From the NCBI GenBank assembly GCA_965203895.1, contig CBDBDI010000003.1, forward strand, positions 1,699,975 to 1,763,974: a stretch of DNA of 64,000 nt. Reading direction: 5' to 3'. The stretch is from Dehalococcoidia bacterium. GTDB taxonomy: Bacteria; Chloroflexota; Dehalococcoidia; Lucifugimonadales; JADFKI01. Each line of letters starts with the position of its first letter. The stretch's first letter is position 1. The notes under the pieces are model-generated. The model ran no database searches. It was not told the origin of the DNA and saw only the letters and a program-made list of their open reading frames with translations. The position numbers and the translations under genes are program-made. Positions 48,852 through 58,887 of this stretch are shown piece after piece.

Positions 48852-49385
48852 ATGAAAGACACAACAAAATTTCGGGAAGCCATAGTTCACATTGCGAACA
48901 GATGCAGTGAGGACAAAAAGTTCGGAGCGGTTAAGATAAACAAGATACTCTACTACTCCGACTTTTACGCCTACCGCGCGCTGGGGCGTTCCATAACCGG
49001 AGCGGAGTATCAGCATCTGAGCGAAGGGCCTGCGCCGCGCGAATTGCTTGAGGTTAGGGCGGGGCTCATAAAGGACGGCTCAATCGAGTTGCAGAAACGC
49101 CCATACCTCAACTCCATTCAGCACAGAATAGTCGCAATGCGCGAGGCGGATGCCGATGTGTTCAATAATGACGAACTCGCCATTATGGACGAAGTAATCG
49201 AAAGCCTGTGGGATATGAACGGGACGCAAGTCAGCGATATGTCTCACAATGAGATCGGATGGCAGGTTACCGACGAATACGAAACTATTCCGTATCGCAC
49301 CGCTTGGCTATCGCCGCAGCCGCTGACGCCCGAACAGATTGAACAGGGCAAGGAGGTTGCCGAGCGCAATGGACTTCTTGGATAA
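48852..49385 (+). CDS. Panacea (DUF4065, SocA-like) antitoxin-domain protein
   Basis: FGAVKINKILYYSDFYAYRALGRSITGAEYQHLSEGPAP fits the DUF4065 pattern KLqKLLYy.d......g.pit...y.a...GPv. Confidence 0.7.
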   Translation: MKDTTKFREAIVHIANRCSEDKKFGAVKINKILYYSDFYAYRALGRSITGAEYQHLSEGPAPRELLEVRAGLIKDGSIELQKRPYLNSIQHRIVAMREADADVFNNDELAIMDEVIESLWDMNGTQVSDMSHNEIGWQVTDEYETIPYRTAWLSPQPLTPEQIEQGKEVAERNGLLG

Positions 49386-49647
49386 CCCTCATATCGTCCC
49401 GTACACCGTCAAAGAGACGCATTACTTTCTAGAACAGATGGGACTGCTGGTCAGCAGAATCGAAAGATGGGACGAAATCAAAGAGACCATAGACCTCGAT
49501 CTAGCCCGCAATCCGAGAGCCGGCATGCGTATCCCTGAGACTCAGTTGTATGCAGTTACCGTTCTGTCAGAACCTCCGCTAACTGTGTACTACACCATTG
49601 ACGACCAAGCCCAAATACTTACCCTTGTGGAGGTTCACCTGTTCTGA
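49369..49647 (+). CDS. putative cognate toxin, RelE/ParE-superfamily-like (92 aa)
   Basis: ATG 49369 overlaps the upstream stop by 17 nt. The C-terminus NPRAGMRIPETQLYAVTVLSEPPLTVYYTIDDQAQILTLVEVHLF follows the RelE/ParE pattern P..G.......y......p..v.Y.id.....v.ll.v. Confidence 0.5.
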   Translation: MDFLDNPHIVPYTVKETHYFLEQMGLLVSRIERWDEIKETIDLDLARNPRAGMRIPETQLYAVTVLSEPPLTVYYTIDDQAQILTLVEVHLF

Positions 49648-49689
49648 CGACGGGCGCGGCTAGGTATATTCGGCTATGGGAGGTTCGCT

Positions 49690-50448
49690 ATGACCGAAGA
49701 GCAAGGCTATCCGTTGAACATTCGGGGAGATTTCCCGGATGGGGACATAAGCCGCTGGCTGTGGCTGGTGAAGTGGTTTCTCGCGATACCGCACATATTT
49801 GTGCTGATATTCCTGGGAATTGCGATGTTCGTGGTGTGGATTATCGCGTTCTGGGCGGTGCTGATTACTGCGCGCTACCCGCGTGGGCTGTTCGACTTCA
49901 CGGTGGGCGTGATGCGCTGGGGTTGGCGTGTAGGGTTCTACGCCTTCGGACCCCTCGCCACCGACCGCTATCCGCCGTTCAGCCTGCGCTCCAACGACGA
50001 CTATCCCGCCGACTTGTATGTGGAGTATCCGGAACGCCTGTCGCGTGCGAAGGTTCTGTTCAAGTGGTGGCTGCTGGCAATCCCGCACTACCTAGCGCTT
50101 GCGGCGTTGGTGGGAACGAGTGGCGTGCTTTTCCAAAACTCGATAGGAACTATAACAATCGGGTCAGACGTCCTGGAGTTTGGCCGCGAAACCGCCGACG
50201 TAGGCGCAGTCGTTCTTGGCGAGCGTCTGATTTCTATCGGCATAAGCGGCATCGTGCCCGCTATGATTTCAACCGGCGGGTTGGCGGGAATGATTGTGAT
50301 TATCACGATGATAACGCTGCTGTTCAGGGGACGCTACCCGTCGGACAACTTCAATCTGCTGATGGGAATATCCCGCTGGTCCAACCGCGTGGGCGGCTAT
50401 GCGCTGCTGCTGTACGACAAGTATCCGCCGTTCCGCTTCAAGCCGTGA
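49690..50448 (+). CDS. DUF4389 domain-containing membrane protein (two repeats)
   Basis: SRWLWLVKWFLAIPHIFVL...WAVLITARYPRGLFDF...RWGWRV..Y......DRYPPF, repeated once (KWWLLAIPHY...GRYPSDNFNL...RWSNRV..Y...YDKYPPF). Confidence 0.7.
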   Translation: MTEEQGYPLNIRGDFPDGDISRWLWLVKWFLAIPHIFVLIFLGIAMFVVWIIAFWAVLITARYPRGLFDFTVGVMRWGWRVGFYAFGPLATDRYPPFSLRSNDDYPADLYVEYPERLSRAKVLFKWWLLAIPHYLALAALVGTSGVLFQNSIGTITIGSDVLEFGRETADVGAVVLGERLISIGISGIVPAMISTGGLAGMIVIITMITLLFRGRYPSDNFNLLMGISRWSNRVGGYALLLYDKYPPFRFKP

Positions 50449-51386
50449 AGCGCCTGCGCTTTGAGATAGCGCCCACGCCGCCGTATGACTTCGCGCTTAC
50501 GGCGGACTGCATGACATACTTCCAAAGCCGGCACGCCGCCGATGTGTTCGAGGACGGCGTTCTGCGCCGCGTTCTGACGCTGAGCAGCGGCAGGCCGGCG
50601 CTGGCGTCCGTGCGCTCAGTCGGCAGCGTGGACGCGCCACTGATTGCCGTGGATGCGGCGGGCGACGACCTGACGCCGCAGGACGCCGCCGAAACGCAGC
50701 GGCTAGTGCGCCGAATGCTGAACGCCGATATAGACATCGCGCCGTTCTACGCTATGGCGCTGGCGGACGAACATCTTGCGCCGCTCGCGCGCAACCTGCA
50801 CGGCTTGCGCCTCACGCTGACGCCCACGCCGTATGAAGCGCTGATATTGGCGATTTTGGGGCAGCAGATAAGCAATCACGTCGCGCGGATGCTGCGCGAG
50901 CTGCTGATACAGACCTACGGCGAGCGCTTCACGCTTTCGGGCGAAACGCATTGCGCCTTCCCGCAGCCGCGCGCAATCGCAGAGGCGGGCGTAGAGGGTT
51001 TGCGCGCCATCAAGTTCAGTCGGCGCAAGGCGGAGTACATCACGGACATATCGCGGCTTGCGGCGTCGGGCGAGCTGGCGCTGGACGATCTGCGCGGCTT
51101 GGCGGTCGACGATGTTGAGCGGCGGCTGACGGCGTTGCGCGGGGTGGGCCCGTGGACGGCGCACTGGATGCTGATGCGCGCGCTTGGGCATACGGACGGC
51201 TTCCCCTACGGCGATCTTGCGTTGCAGCGGATGATGGGCGCGCTGGTAGGCGACGGCAGCCCGATGCCGCCCGCCGATGCGCTGGCGTACTCGGAGCGCT
51301 GGTCGCCGTGGCGCAGTTATGTAACCACATACCTGTTCGCCGCAAACAGAGCGGGGCGGTTCGGCGAGCTGACGGGACGGGTATAG
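50445..51386 (+). CDS. AlkA-like DNA-3-methyladenine glycosylase II (HhH-GPD family)
   Basis: PYEALILAILGQQIS...LRGVGPWTAHWMLMRALGHTDGFPYGDLAL. The GTG start overlaps the preceding stop (GTGA). Confidence 0.8.
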   Translation: MKRLRFEIAPTPPYDFALTADCMTYFQSRHAADVFEDGVLRRVLTLSSGRPALASVRSVGSVDAPLIAVDAAGDDLTPQDAAETQRLVRRMLNADIDIAPFYAMALADEHLAPLARNLHGLRLTLTPTPYEALILAILGQQISNHVARMLRELLIQTYGERFTLSGETHCAFPQPRAIAEAGVEGLRAIKFSRRKAEYITDISRLAASGELALDDLRGLAVDDVERRLTALRGVGPWTAHWMLMRALGHTDGFPYGDLALQRMMGALVGDGSPMPPADALAYSERWSPWRSYVTTYLFAANRAGRFGELTGRV

Positions 51387-51425
51387 GCGGCGAAGGTTCG
51401 GGATTGTCGCCTAGCCCGTTATCTA

Positions 51426-51463
51426 TTAGCGCAAAGGCACTAGGCGCACGCAAAGAGTATAAG
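51426..51463 (+). repeat. copy of the GCGCAAAGG intergenic motif
   Basis: ttagcgcaaaggcactaggcgcacgcaaagagtataag, 40 nt after the glycosylase stop. Confidence 0.55.
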
Positions 51464-51668
51464 ACTTCGATGTAGTTGTTGTAATTATAATAGGGTGGCT
51501 ATCAACTATCGTTGCGTATTTGGAATGCTAGAGTGGCGTTTTGCCCTGCCGATAGAGCGAATTTGTGTGTTATACTGGATGCGGCGATTAGATGTTGCGG
51601 CGCGCGGCGGGCACTGATATGGCGACGGCAGGTAAGGGCAAGCGGAGGCAGGCGTTATTTCGTTGAAT

Positions 51669-52751
51669 ATGACGGCACAGCGGGCGGTTATCCGTCGGCG
51701 GTTGGAAGAGCGCGAGGAAGGTCTCTCGCCGTATGCCGCTAGGTCGGGGCGCAGCGTCGGGCGCGCAGTCCCGGAGCGGCCGTCCGATGTTCGCACGGAG
51801 TATCAGCGCGACCGCGACCGCGTTATCCACAGCAAGGCGTTTCGTCGGCTGAAGCATAAGACGCAGGTGTTTATCGCGCCGCTTGGGGATCATTATGTTA
51901 CGCGCCTTACGCATACGCTTGAGGTGGCGCAGATAGCGCGCACTATCGCGCGGGCGCTGAACTTGAATGAAGACCTCGCGGAAGCCATCGCTATGGCGCA
52001 CGATTTGGGGCATACGCCATTCGGGCATATCGGCGAGGATGAGCTGGACAAGCTTCACCCCGACGGGTTTCGGCACAGCCGCCAAAGCCTGCGTATCGTG
52101 GAGCGCGTGGAGAAGGACGGCAGGGGGCTTAATCTCACATGGGAGGTGCGGCAGGGGATACTGCGGCACTCCAAGCCGCGCGGCGATTTCCTGGCCGGGG
52201 TCGACAACGACGGCCTTTCGCTCGAAGCGCAGGTGGTGCGCGTATCGGACGCGGTAGCCTATATTAACCACGACCTTGCCGACGCATTTCGCGCCGGCGT
52301 TCTTTCGCCCGCGGATCTGCCGTCGGGGACGCTGAATGCGCTGGGCGGGCGGCATGCTGAGCGCATTGACACTATTGTGTGCGACATTATAGAGAATTCG
52401 TATGCGGCGAGCGGGTTGAACGGGGCGCATCCCGACGTTTTGCCTACAATCGGGATGGGGGATGCGGTGCGGCAGGCGTTTATGGAGCTGCGGGAGTATA
52501 TGTTCAGGAATGTGTATCTGCCGCAGGATGCGCGCGCGGAGGGCGAGGCGGCGCGGCGCATTGTGCGGCTGCTGTATCGCCATTTCAACGAACATCGCGA
52601 CGAAATCCCGTCGGACTACGCGCGGCGCAGTCGAAGCGAATCGGAAGCGGTGGTGGACTATGTGTCGGGGATGACGGATTGGTATGCGATGCGCGTGGCT
52701 GAGAAGATTCAGCCGGGGATCGCTAAGATTTTCATAGAAAGACTGCTATAA
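51669..52751 (+). CDS. dgt: dGTP triphosphohydrolase-like HD-domain protein
   Basis: YQRDRDRVIHSKAFRRLKHKTQVF, RLTHTLEVAQIAR, AHDLGHTPFGH. Confidence 0.9.
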   Translation: MTAQRAVIRRRLEEREEGLSPYAARSGRSVGRAVPERPSDVRTEYQRDRDRVIHSKAFRRLKHKTQVFIAPLGDHYVTRLTHTLEVAQIARTIARALNLNEDLAEAIAMAHDLGHTPFGHIGEDELDKLHPDGFRHSRQSLRIVERVEKDGRGLNLTWEVRQGILRHSKPRGDFLAGVDNDGLSLEAQVVRVSDAVAYINHDLADAFRAGVLSPADLPSGTLNALGGRHAERIDTIVCDIIENSYAASGLNGAHPDVLPTIGMGDAVRQAFMELREYMFRNVYLPQDARAEGEAARRIVRLLYRHFNEHRDEIPSDYARRSRSESEAVVDYVSGMTDWYAMRVAEKIQPGIAKIFIERLL

Positions 52752-53017
52752 TGGCTGATATGACGCCCAACGATAGGATACTGATGCGCAGCGTTTCGCA
52801 TCAGATAAAGCGGGTGCGCGAGCATCTGGAGGCGATGCAGCGGGACGCTCACGGGCTTGAGTATGAGCCTTGGAAGAGCGAAGTCGACCATATTTGGAAG
52901 ACTACCTTCGAGCAGATAAACGATATGAGCCCCGATCCGCAGCAGTCCGCGCTTGAGATGATACGCGAACCGTGGATGATGTATCTGTCGCATTATGCGG
53001 TTTTGGGAAGGCAGTAG
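52751..53017 (+). CDS. hypothetical protein (88 aa)
   Basis: The ATG overlaps the dgt stop by 1 nt (TAATG). No recognised motif. Confidence 0.4.
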   Translation: MADMTPNDRILMRSVSHQIKRVREHLEAMQRDAHGLEYEPWKSEVDHIWKTTFEQINDMSPDPQQSALEMIREPWMMYLSHYAVLGRQ

Positions 53018-53132
53018 GCGGCGGCGCTAAGGCGTTTCCAAAATAGGGAATGTTCCCTCTCTCTACTATTAGCGGTTCAGAGCAATTCAGCAATCAGTCC
53101 GTAGGGTATGCGAGCGGCGGAAAGGATCGGCG

Positions 53133-53543
53133 TTGACAGCTAACAGCGAACAGACAGCGGGCGTAGAGATGGAGGCCGATCTTAATCATGCGCGGCGCAC
53201 GGCGGTTATGGCGCACAGCGTCGTTGTTCTGCTGCGCGAGATGGGGCTGCCGAATACGCTTGACGCCGAATTGGCAAGCGTCGGCACGGATCTGGGCGAT
53301 CTGTGGGGAGCTCAGAAAGAGTTCACGGATCGTTTGAACAATATGCTCAAGACGTCGGAAGACTGGGACGCCATAGGCGATTCGCTGGTGGATATGCGCG
53401 CGTCCATAGATCATATCGCTTGGCACTTGGAGAGCGTGCGCGAGCCGCTGACTAAAATCGCGGAGTACGCCTACGCGCAAGCTCAAGACGGAGCGCCGCC
53501 TATGCGCGCCCGAAATTCCGCAATCGACGATTGCTGCCGATAA
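53133..53543 (+). CDS. hypothetical protein (136 aa, helical/acidic)
   Basis: ORF between dgt and dnaG. TTG 53133 follows AAAGGA, or ATG 53169. No recognised motif. Confidence 0.4.
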   Translation: MTANSEQTAGVEMEADLNHARRTAVMAHSVVVLLREMGLPNTLDAELASVGTDLGDLWGAQKEFTDRLNNMLKTSEDWDAIGDSLVDMRASIDHIAWHLESVREPLTKIAEYAYAQAQDGAPPMRARNSAIDDCCR

Positions 53544-53570
53544 GCATTCGGACGGACAACCGATAGAACT

Positions 53571-55403
53571 ATGAGCGTTGCTGACGACATAAGAGCGCGT
53601 CTTGACATCGTGGATGTGGTGTCGGGCTATGTTCCGCTGCAGAAAGCGGGGCGCAGCTTCAAGGCGCCTTGTCCTTTTCACACCGAAAAGACGCCTTCGT
53701 TCATCGTGAACCCGGAGCGTCAGAGCTGGCGCTGCTTCGGCGCATGCTCCACCGGGGGGGACGCCTTCTCTTTCGTGATGCGCCATCAGAACTTGGAGTT
53801 CGGGGACGCGCTGCGATTGCTGGCGCAGAAGGCGGGCGTTCCGCTGTCGCCGACTGCCAAGCAGGATAGCGATAAGCGCAGTCGGTTGCACGCCGTCAAC
53901 CGTCTTGCCGCAACCTTCTATCAGGATAGGCTGAAATCGGCGCAGGGCGCGGCGGCGATGCAGTATCTAGGGCGGCGCGGCGTCAACGGTGAGGCTATCG
54001 ACGCATTCCAACTTGGGGTAGCGCCCGACGGCTGGGACGGGCTGAAGACCTACCTGTCCAATATGGGCGTGAACGAAGATGAAGCGGTGGCAAGCGGGCT
54101 AATCTATCGCAATGACGCCGGCAGAACATGGGATTTCTTCCGCGGCAGGCTGATGTTTCCCATACACAACAGGCAGGGCGATGCGATAGGTTTCGGCGGC
54201 CGCGATATGGGCAATGCCGCGCCTGCATCGCAGGGCTACAACCCTAAGTATATCAACACCGCAAGCACCCCCATCTTCGACAAGCGTAGCACCCTCTACG
54301 GACTCCACCTCGCTCACTCCCACATTCGCAGCGCCAACACGGGTATCGTCGTTGAAGGCTATATGGATGTCATCGCGGCGCATCAGCATGGCTATCGCAA
54401 TGTGGTTGCGTCAATGGGAACGGCGCTCACCGAAAATCAGGTGGCGCAACTGAAGTCTTTGGCGAACAAGTTCGTGCTTGCGCTGGACCCGGACGCCGCG
54501 GGGCAAGAGGCGACGCTTCGCAGCCTAGAGGCGTCTTGGAAGATAATCGGTGAGCAGTCGGCGGCGCGCGGCGGATCGCAGGGCGTCCTGCAGCGGCGCG
54601 ATCCGATAACGCTGAACATAGCGGCGCTGCCCGACGGCAAAGATCCGGACGAACTCATACGCCACGATGCGGCGGAGTGGGAGCGGCTTACTCAGAACGC
54701 TTTGCCGCTTATGAGTTATCTTATACCGGCAATCACATCGCGCTTCGACATCAGCAGTGGACACGGCAAATCGCAGGTGGTCGAAGCCGTCTTTCCTCTC
54801 ATAGCGGCAACGCAGAACATCTTCGATCAGCAGCGCTATCTGCAGAACCTAGCGGACGCGCTGGGCATTACGATGGATGCGCTCAAAGCGGGCTTGCCGC
54901 GCCGCCCGGCATATACTTCGCGGCGGCGCGCATCGCGGCAACCGCAGCCGCAGCCGAACAGCAGAGAGCAGGTCGCCGCATCGGCGCTGACGGCGAGCCG
55001 CGAGGATGTGTTGGAAGATTTTACGCTTTCGCTGCTGCTGAGCCGCCCGCAGCTGCGCGAGCGCGTTCACGAACTATCGCCCGAATACTTTCGCAAGAGC
55101 GCGGATAGAGAGGTGTTCAAGCGCTGGATGGGCTGCGCGGCGACGGATGAACTTGAGGCGCTGCTCGACGAACCGCTGCTGGCGCATATGCAGTCGCTGA
55201 CGCAGGCTGACATAGCGCCCACGGACAGCGTCGAGAGCGAGCGGGCGCTGGATCAGTGCATCCAACGGCTGAAGCGCCGCCATCTGCTGGAGCTGCAGGA
55301 AGAGCTGCTCGAGACGGCAGATGACGCCACGCCGCCATCGCGCGAGCTGACGGCGCAAATCGCCAATCTCAACGCAGACATAAAGACGACGGAAACGGCG
55401 TAG
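53571..55403 (+). CDS. dnaG: DNA primase
   Basis: Zinc finger [11 protein letters not shown]...CFGC, RLMFPI, TOPRIM EGYMDVI...LDPDAAG. Confidence 0.96.
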   Translation: MSVADDIRARLDIVDVVSGYVPLQKAGRSFKAPCPFHTEKTPSFIVNPERQSWRCFGACSTGGDAFSFVMRHQNLEFGDALRLLAQKAGVPLSPTAKQDSDKRSRLHAVNRLAATFYQDRLKSAQGAAAMQYLGRRGVNGEAIDAFQLGVAPDGWDGLKTYLSNMGVNEDEAVASGLIYRNDAGRTWDFFRGRLMFPIHNRQGDAIGFGGRDMGNAAPASQGYNPKYINTASTPIFDKRSTLYGLHLAHSHIRSANTGIVVEGYMDVIAAHQHGYRNVVASMGTALTENQVAQLKSLANKFVLALDPDAAGQEATLRSLEASWKIIGEQSAARGGSQGVLQRRDPITLNIAALPDGKDPDELIRHDAAEWERLTQNALPLMSYLIPAITSRFDISSGHGKSQVVEAVFPLIAATQNIFDQQRYLQNLADALGITMDALKAGLPRRPAYTSRRRASRQPQPQPNSREQVAASALTASREDVLEDFTLSLLLSRPQLRERVHELSPEYFRKSADREVFKRWMGCAATDELEALLDEPLLAHMQSLTQADIAPTDSVESERALDQCIQRLKRRHLLELQEELLETADDATPPSRELTAQIANLNADIKTTETA

Positions 55404-55498
55404 GCGCGGCGGCGCACGCATCGCCTACGCATGCGCGCATACGGCAAGCGCGCGCTAATATACGAAACGGGCTTATTGCTTATCTACACACAAATCGG

Positions 55499-57232
55499 AT
55501 GGGGGTTAAGCGGATGGACACATATATGAACGGGGACGGCACGGACAATTTGGCGATAACCGATATATCGCACGGCGCGCCCGTGGGCGATCTGATACTT
55601 ACCCGCAAATCCAAGGAAGACGGCTACAGCCTCGGCGAACCTGAGGTGATGGTGCCGGGACGTAACGGGGATTCGGACTACCGCGCGAACGGCCACTACG
55701 ATGAGGATGAGGAAGACGACGAAGAGCAAGAATCGGAAGAGCCGGACATAGACAGCGAATGGGTCAAGAAGCTGGAGAATGTGGACATTATCGACGACCC
55801 TGTGCGGATGTATCTGCGCGAAATCGGCAGGGTCGGGCTGCTGAAGGCGGCGGATGAGCGCAAACTGGCGCGCGAAATGGAAGAGTGGAAGCACATCGAG
55901 CGCGTGGAGAAATCCATCGAATTCAACCGCATCCTCGCCAAGCGCCCCCATCTGAAAGACGTCCGCGCGCGGGTGCAAGAGAAAGCCAAATCCAAAATCG
56001 AATCCGTTGACGATCTGCTGGAAGAGATTCAGAAGAACGCCAACTGGAACGCCAAATTCAAAGACTTGACTATCCCGCGCGATGTCAATGTCCGCGCATG
56101 GGAATGCGTTCACCACTTCCTCGTTGGAATCCACGCCCACGCCCTCCTCATCGACGCCTTCTGCCGCTACCACGCCGTCCCCAAGCCCGAAACCCTCGCC
56201 GATTTCCTATCCGATGATGCGCTCGCCGAACTGCTGGACGGCGAACTGCCCGAAGAGATGCTCAACTTCGTCGCCGAACTGCTGAACACCGAGCCGGACT
56301 TGGTGAAAGCGGCCATTCAGGAACTTTCGCTCAACCGACGGCTGCTTCCCAAAGAGACTATGGAGTTGTTCAAGAATCCGCCCGCTCTCAGCGAGCTCAA
56401 CACCCTGAAGGACAAGCCGGACTTCATCAATGCGATCGAGTCGTATGAGCTGAGCTACGGCCGCCGCTTTGGGCGCGTCAAGACGGCGGGACGGCGGGCT
56501 CAGCGGCATCTGGCGGAAGCCAACCTGCGGCTGGTGGTGAGCGTCGCCAAGAAGTACATCGGGCGGGGGATGTCGCTGCTTGACCTGATACAGGAAGGCA
56601 ACATCGGGCTGATACGCGCGGTGGAAAAGTTCGACTATCGCAAGGGCTACAAGTTCAGCACCTATGCGACCTGGTGGATTCGGCAGGCGATCACGCGCGC
56701 AATCGCCGACCAGGCGCGCACGATACGCATTCCGGTGCATATGGTAGAGACCATCAACAAACTGCTGCGGGTGAGCCGCCGCCTTGTGCAGGAAAACGGG
56801 CGGGAGCCTACCAGCGAAGAGATAGGCGCGGGGATGAGCACCGGCGAAGTTACGATTACGCCGGAGCGGGTGCGCGAAATCCTGAAGATTTCGCAGGAGC
56901 CGGTGTCTTTGGAGACGCCGATAGGGGAGGAAGAGGACAGCCACTTGGGGGACTTCATAGAGGATAGGAGCGCGCTTGCGCCGGCGGAGGCGGCGTCCTA
57001 TCAGCTTCTCAAAGAGCAGGTGGAGGATGTGCTGAACACGCTGAACGAGCGCGAGGCGCGGGTGCTTCAGCTGCGGTTTGGGCTTGAAGACGGACGCAGC
57101 CGCACGCTGGAAGAGGTGGGGCGCGACTTCGGGGTAACGCGGGAGCGCATCCGCCAGATCGAGGCAAAGGCGCTGCGAAAGCTGAGGCAACCGACGAGGT
57201 CTAAGAAGCTGCGGGATTTTTTGGATACTTAG
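55499..57232 (+). CDS. rpoD: RNA polymerase primary sigma factor
   Basis: Acidic region 1, [51 protein letters not shown], region 4 [20 protein letters not shown]. The start is ambiguous (55499, 55514 or 55526). Confidence 0.96.
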   Translation: MGVKRMDTYMNGDGTDNLAITDISHGAPVGDLILTRKSKEDGYSLGEPEVMVPGRNGDSDYRANGHYDEDEEDDEEQESEEPDIDSEWVKKLENVDIIDDPVRMYLREIGRVGLLKAADERKLAREMEEWKHIERVEKSIEFNRILAKRPHLKDVRARVQEKAKSKIESVDDLLEEIQKNANWNAKFKDLTIPRDVNVRAWECVHHFLVGIHAHALLIDAFCRYHAVPKPETLADFLSDDALAELLDGELPEEMLNFVAELLNTEPDLVKAAIQELSLNRRLLPKETMELFKNPPALSELNTLKDKPDFINAIESYELSYGRRFGRVKTAGRRAQRHLAEANLRLVVSVAKKYIGRGMSLLDLIQEGNIGLIRAVEKFDYRKGYKFSTYATWWIRQAITRAIADQARTIRIPVHMVETINKLLRVSRRLVQENGREPTSEEIGAGMSTGEVTITPERVREILKISQEPVSLETPIGEEEDSHLGDFIEDRSALAPAEAASYQLLKEQVEDVLNTLNEREARVLQLRFGLEDGRSRTLEEVGRDFGVTRERIRQIEAKALRKLRQPTRSKKLRDFLDT

Positions 57233-57264
57233 GGGCGGCTTTGGCGCTTTTCAAGCGAGGGTGA

Positions 57265-57294
57265 TTAACGCAAAGGCGCGGGGGCGCAAAGTCC
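57265..57294 (+). repeat. copy of the GCGCAAAGG intergenic motif
   Basis: ttaacgcaaaggcgcgggggcgcaaagtcc, 33 nt after the rpoD stop. Confidence 0.6.
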
Positions 57295-57340
57295 ATTGCG
57301 AAATCCGATAATCTACTAAATAAAAGGTGAACGCTGCTAT

Positions 57341-58468
57341 ATGACAACCCTAACGCAAACAACCCCCACTACTGCCCACGAACAGCGCCGCCGCCCCACT
57401 ACGGCGAAGGTGGCGGTGGTTAGAACATCGCCGGACAGCGTTCTTGACGATATTGCGGCGGCTATGCGGATGGCGGGCTATGAGCGGGCGCTGCCGCAGG
57501 GCGTTCCCACGCTGCTGAAGGTCAACACCTCTTGGCAGCACTACTATCCCGCCTGCTCTACATCGCCTTGGCAGCTTGACGGCGCAATTAGGGCGCTGAA
57601 GGCGGACGGCTATCGGGACATCATCCCGGCGCACAACGGCACGGTGGTGGTGGACGCCAAGGTTGGCGTGGTCAACAACAAGCATAAGCCGGTTGAGGAT
57701 ATGCACGGGCTTGAGGCGCTGCATCTTGAGGATGCGGAGTGGGTGGACTTTCGGCCGGAGGCGCGGATGTTGGCGCTCGACGGCGTGTATCCCGACGGGT
57801 TTCGCATTCCCAAGGCGTTTATCGGCAAGAATGTGCTGCATCTGCCCACGATGAAGACGCATGTGTTCACCACGATTACGGGCGCTATGAAGAACGCATT
57901 CGGCGGGCTGCTGAACCACAACCGCCATTGGACGCACGCCGCCATTCATGAAACGCTGGTGGATCTTTTGCAGATACAGCAGCAGATCCATCCGGGCATA
58001 TTCGCGGTAACGGACGGCACATTCGCAGGGGACGGGCCGGGGCCGCGCGCGATGCGCTGGCACGCCAAGAACGTCATCCTCGCAAGCGCGGATCAGGTAG
58101 CCATAGACGCCGTGTCCGCCAAGATGATGGGCTTTGACCCGATGAGCGTCAAGTTCATATGGATGGCGCACGAATTGGGGCTGGGCTGTGGCGATATGCG
58201 GGACATAGAGGTTGTGGGGGAAGACATATCGGGCGTGAACTGGCGCTTCAGCGGCGGCGAAAACACGCTGTTCAGCCGCGGACAAAAGTCGGTGTACTGG
58301 GGCCCGTTCAAGCCGCTTGAGACGGCGATAGCGCGCTCGCCGCTGGTGAACTTGGCGATAGCGGCGTCCAACATCTACCACAACGGCTACTGGCTGCCGC
58401 TGAAGGGGCGCAAGCGCGTGCAGGAAGCGATGCAAACGGACTGGGGCAGGCTGTTTCAGAGCTACTGA
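57341..58468 (+). CDS. DUF362 domain-containing protein
   Basis: KVAVVRTSPDSVLDDI...LLKVNTSW...TSPWQLDGAIRALKADGY...TMKTHVFTTITGAMKN. 375 aa. Confidence 0.6.
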   Translation: MTTLTQTTPTTAHEQRRRPTTAKVAVVRTSPDSVLDDIAAAMRMAGYERALPQGVPTLLKVNTSWQHYYPACSTSPWQLDGAIRALKADGYRDIIPAHNGTVVVDAKVGVVNNKHKPVEDMHGLEALHLEDAEWVDFRPEARMLALDGVYPDGFRIPKAFIGKNVLHLPTMKTHVFTTITGAMKNAFGGLLNHNRHWTHAAIHETLVDLLQIQQQIHPGIFAVTDGTFAGDGPGPRAMRWHAKNVILASADQVAIDAVSAKMMGFDPMSVKFIWMAHELGLGCGDMRDIEVVGEDISGVNWRFSGGENTLFSRGQKSVYWGPFKPLETAIARSPLVNLAIAASNIYHNGYWLPLKGRKRVQEAMQTDWGRLFQSY

Positions 58469-58636
58469 CGCGCATATTCGGCATAACCGCGCTTGCGTCC
58501 ACCGCCGTTTGGCGCGATAATCGCGCGCGTTGTGAGCGCGTCCGAACATAGCCAACCTTCCGCCGATAGCGGTCGCGCGTCCAAATCCCGCGCATCCGAG
58601 CCTGCGTCCGAGCAGACCGATGTGAACGCAAGCGGT

Positions 58637-58658
58637 GTCCCTCGCGCGCGCGAGGGAC
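58637..58658. repeat. perfect 22-nt GC palindrome
   Basis: GTCCCTCGCGCGCGCGAGGGAC is its own reverse complement. It lies 8 nt upstream of the C tract. Confidence 0.95.
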
Positions 58659-58666
58659 TGGAAAAT

Positions 58667-58690
58667 CCCCCCCCCCCCCCCCCCCCCCCC
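58667..58690 (+). repeat. homopolymeric tract, 24 consecutive C
   Basis: Counted directly: gaaaat-C24-gacttgaag. Confidence 0.95.
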
Positions 58691-58887
58691 GACTTGAAGC
58701 CAGGGCGAATTCCCAAAATTCGCAGACAAGCTCATTCGGCTCGCCGGGCAGGCGCGGCCACGATGCAACCCGCTTCTACGCAAGCCGTCTCTACGAAGGG
58801 CTGCCGTCCGAGCGCAATGCGCCGTATGTAGAAAATCCGCTGCCGCCCGGCGTCGCCAACACCATATTCGCCGAGTCCGCCGAGCAG

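Noticed and set aside
49761-50444. 5' two-fifths of the 541-aa + strand ORF 49761-51386
   Set aside because: This part overlaps the DUF4389 gene in another frame and reads as Arg/Gly-rich nonsense. Only the portion from GTG 50445 (the AlkA-like glycosylase) is real.
57350-58783. 477-aa minus-strand ORF covering DUF362 and the poly-C region (poly-Gly stretch)
   Set aside because: It is antisense to the DUF362 gene. Its GGGGGGGG stretch is simply the complement of the C tract. The composition is not protein-like.
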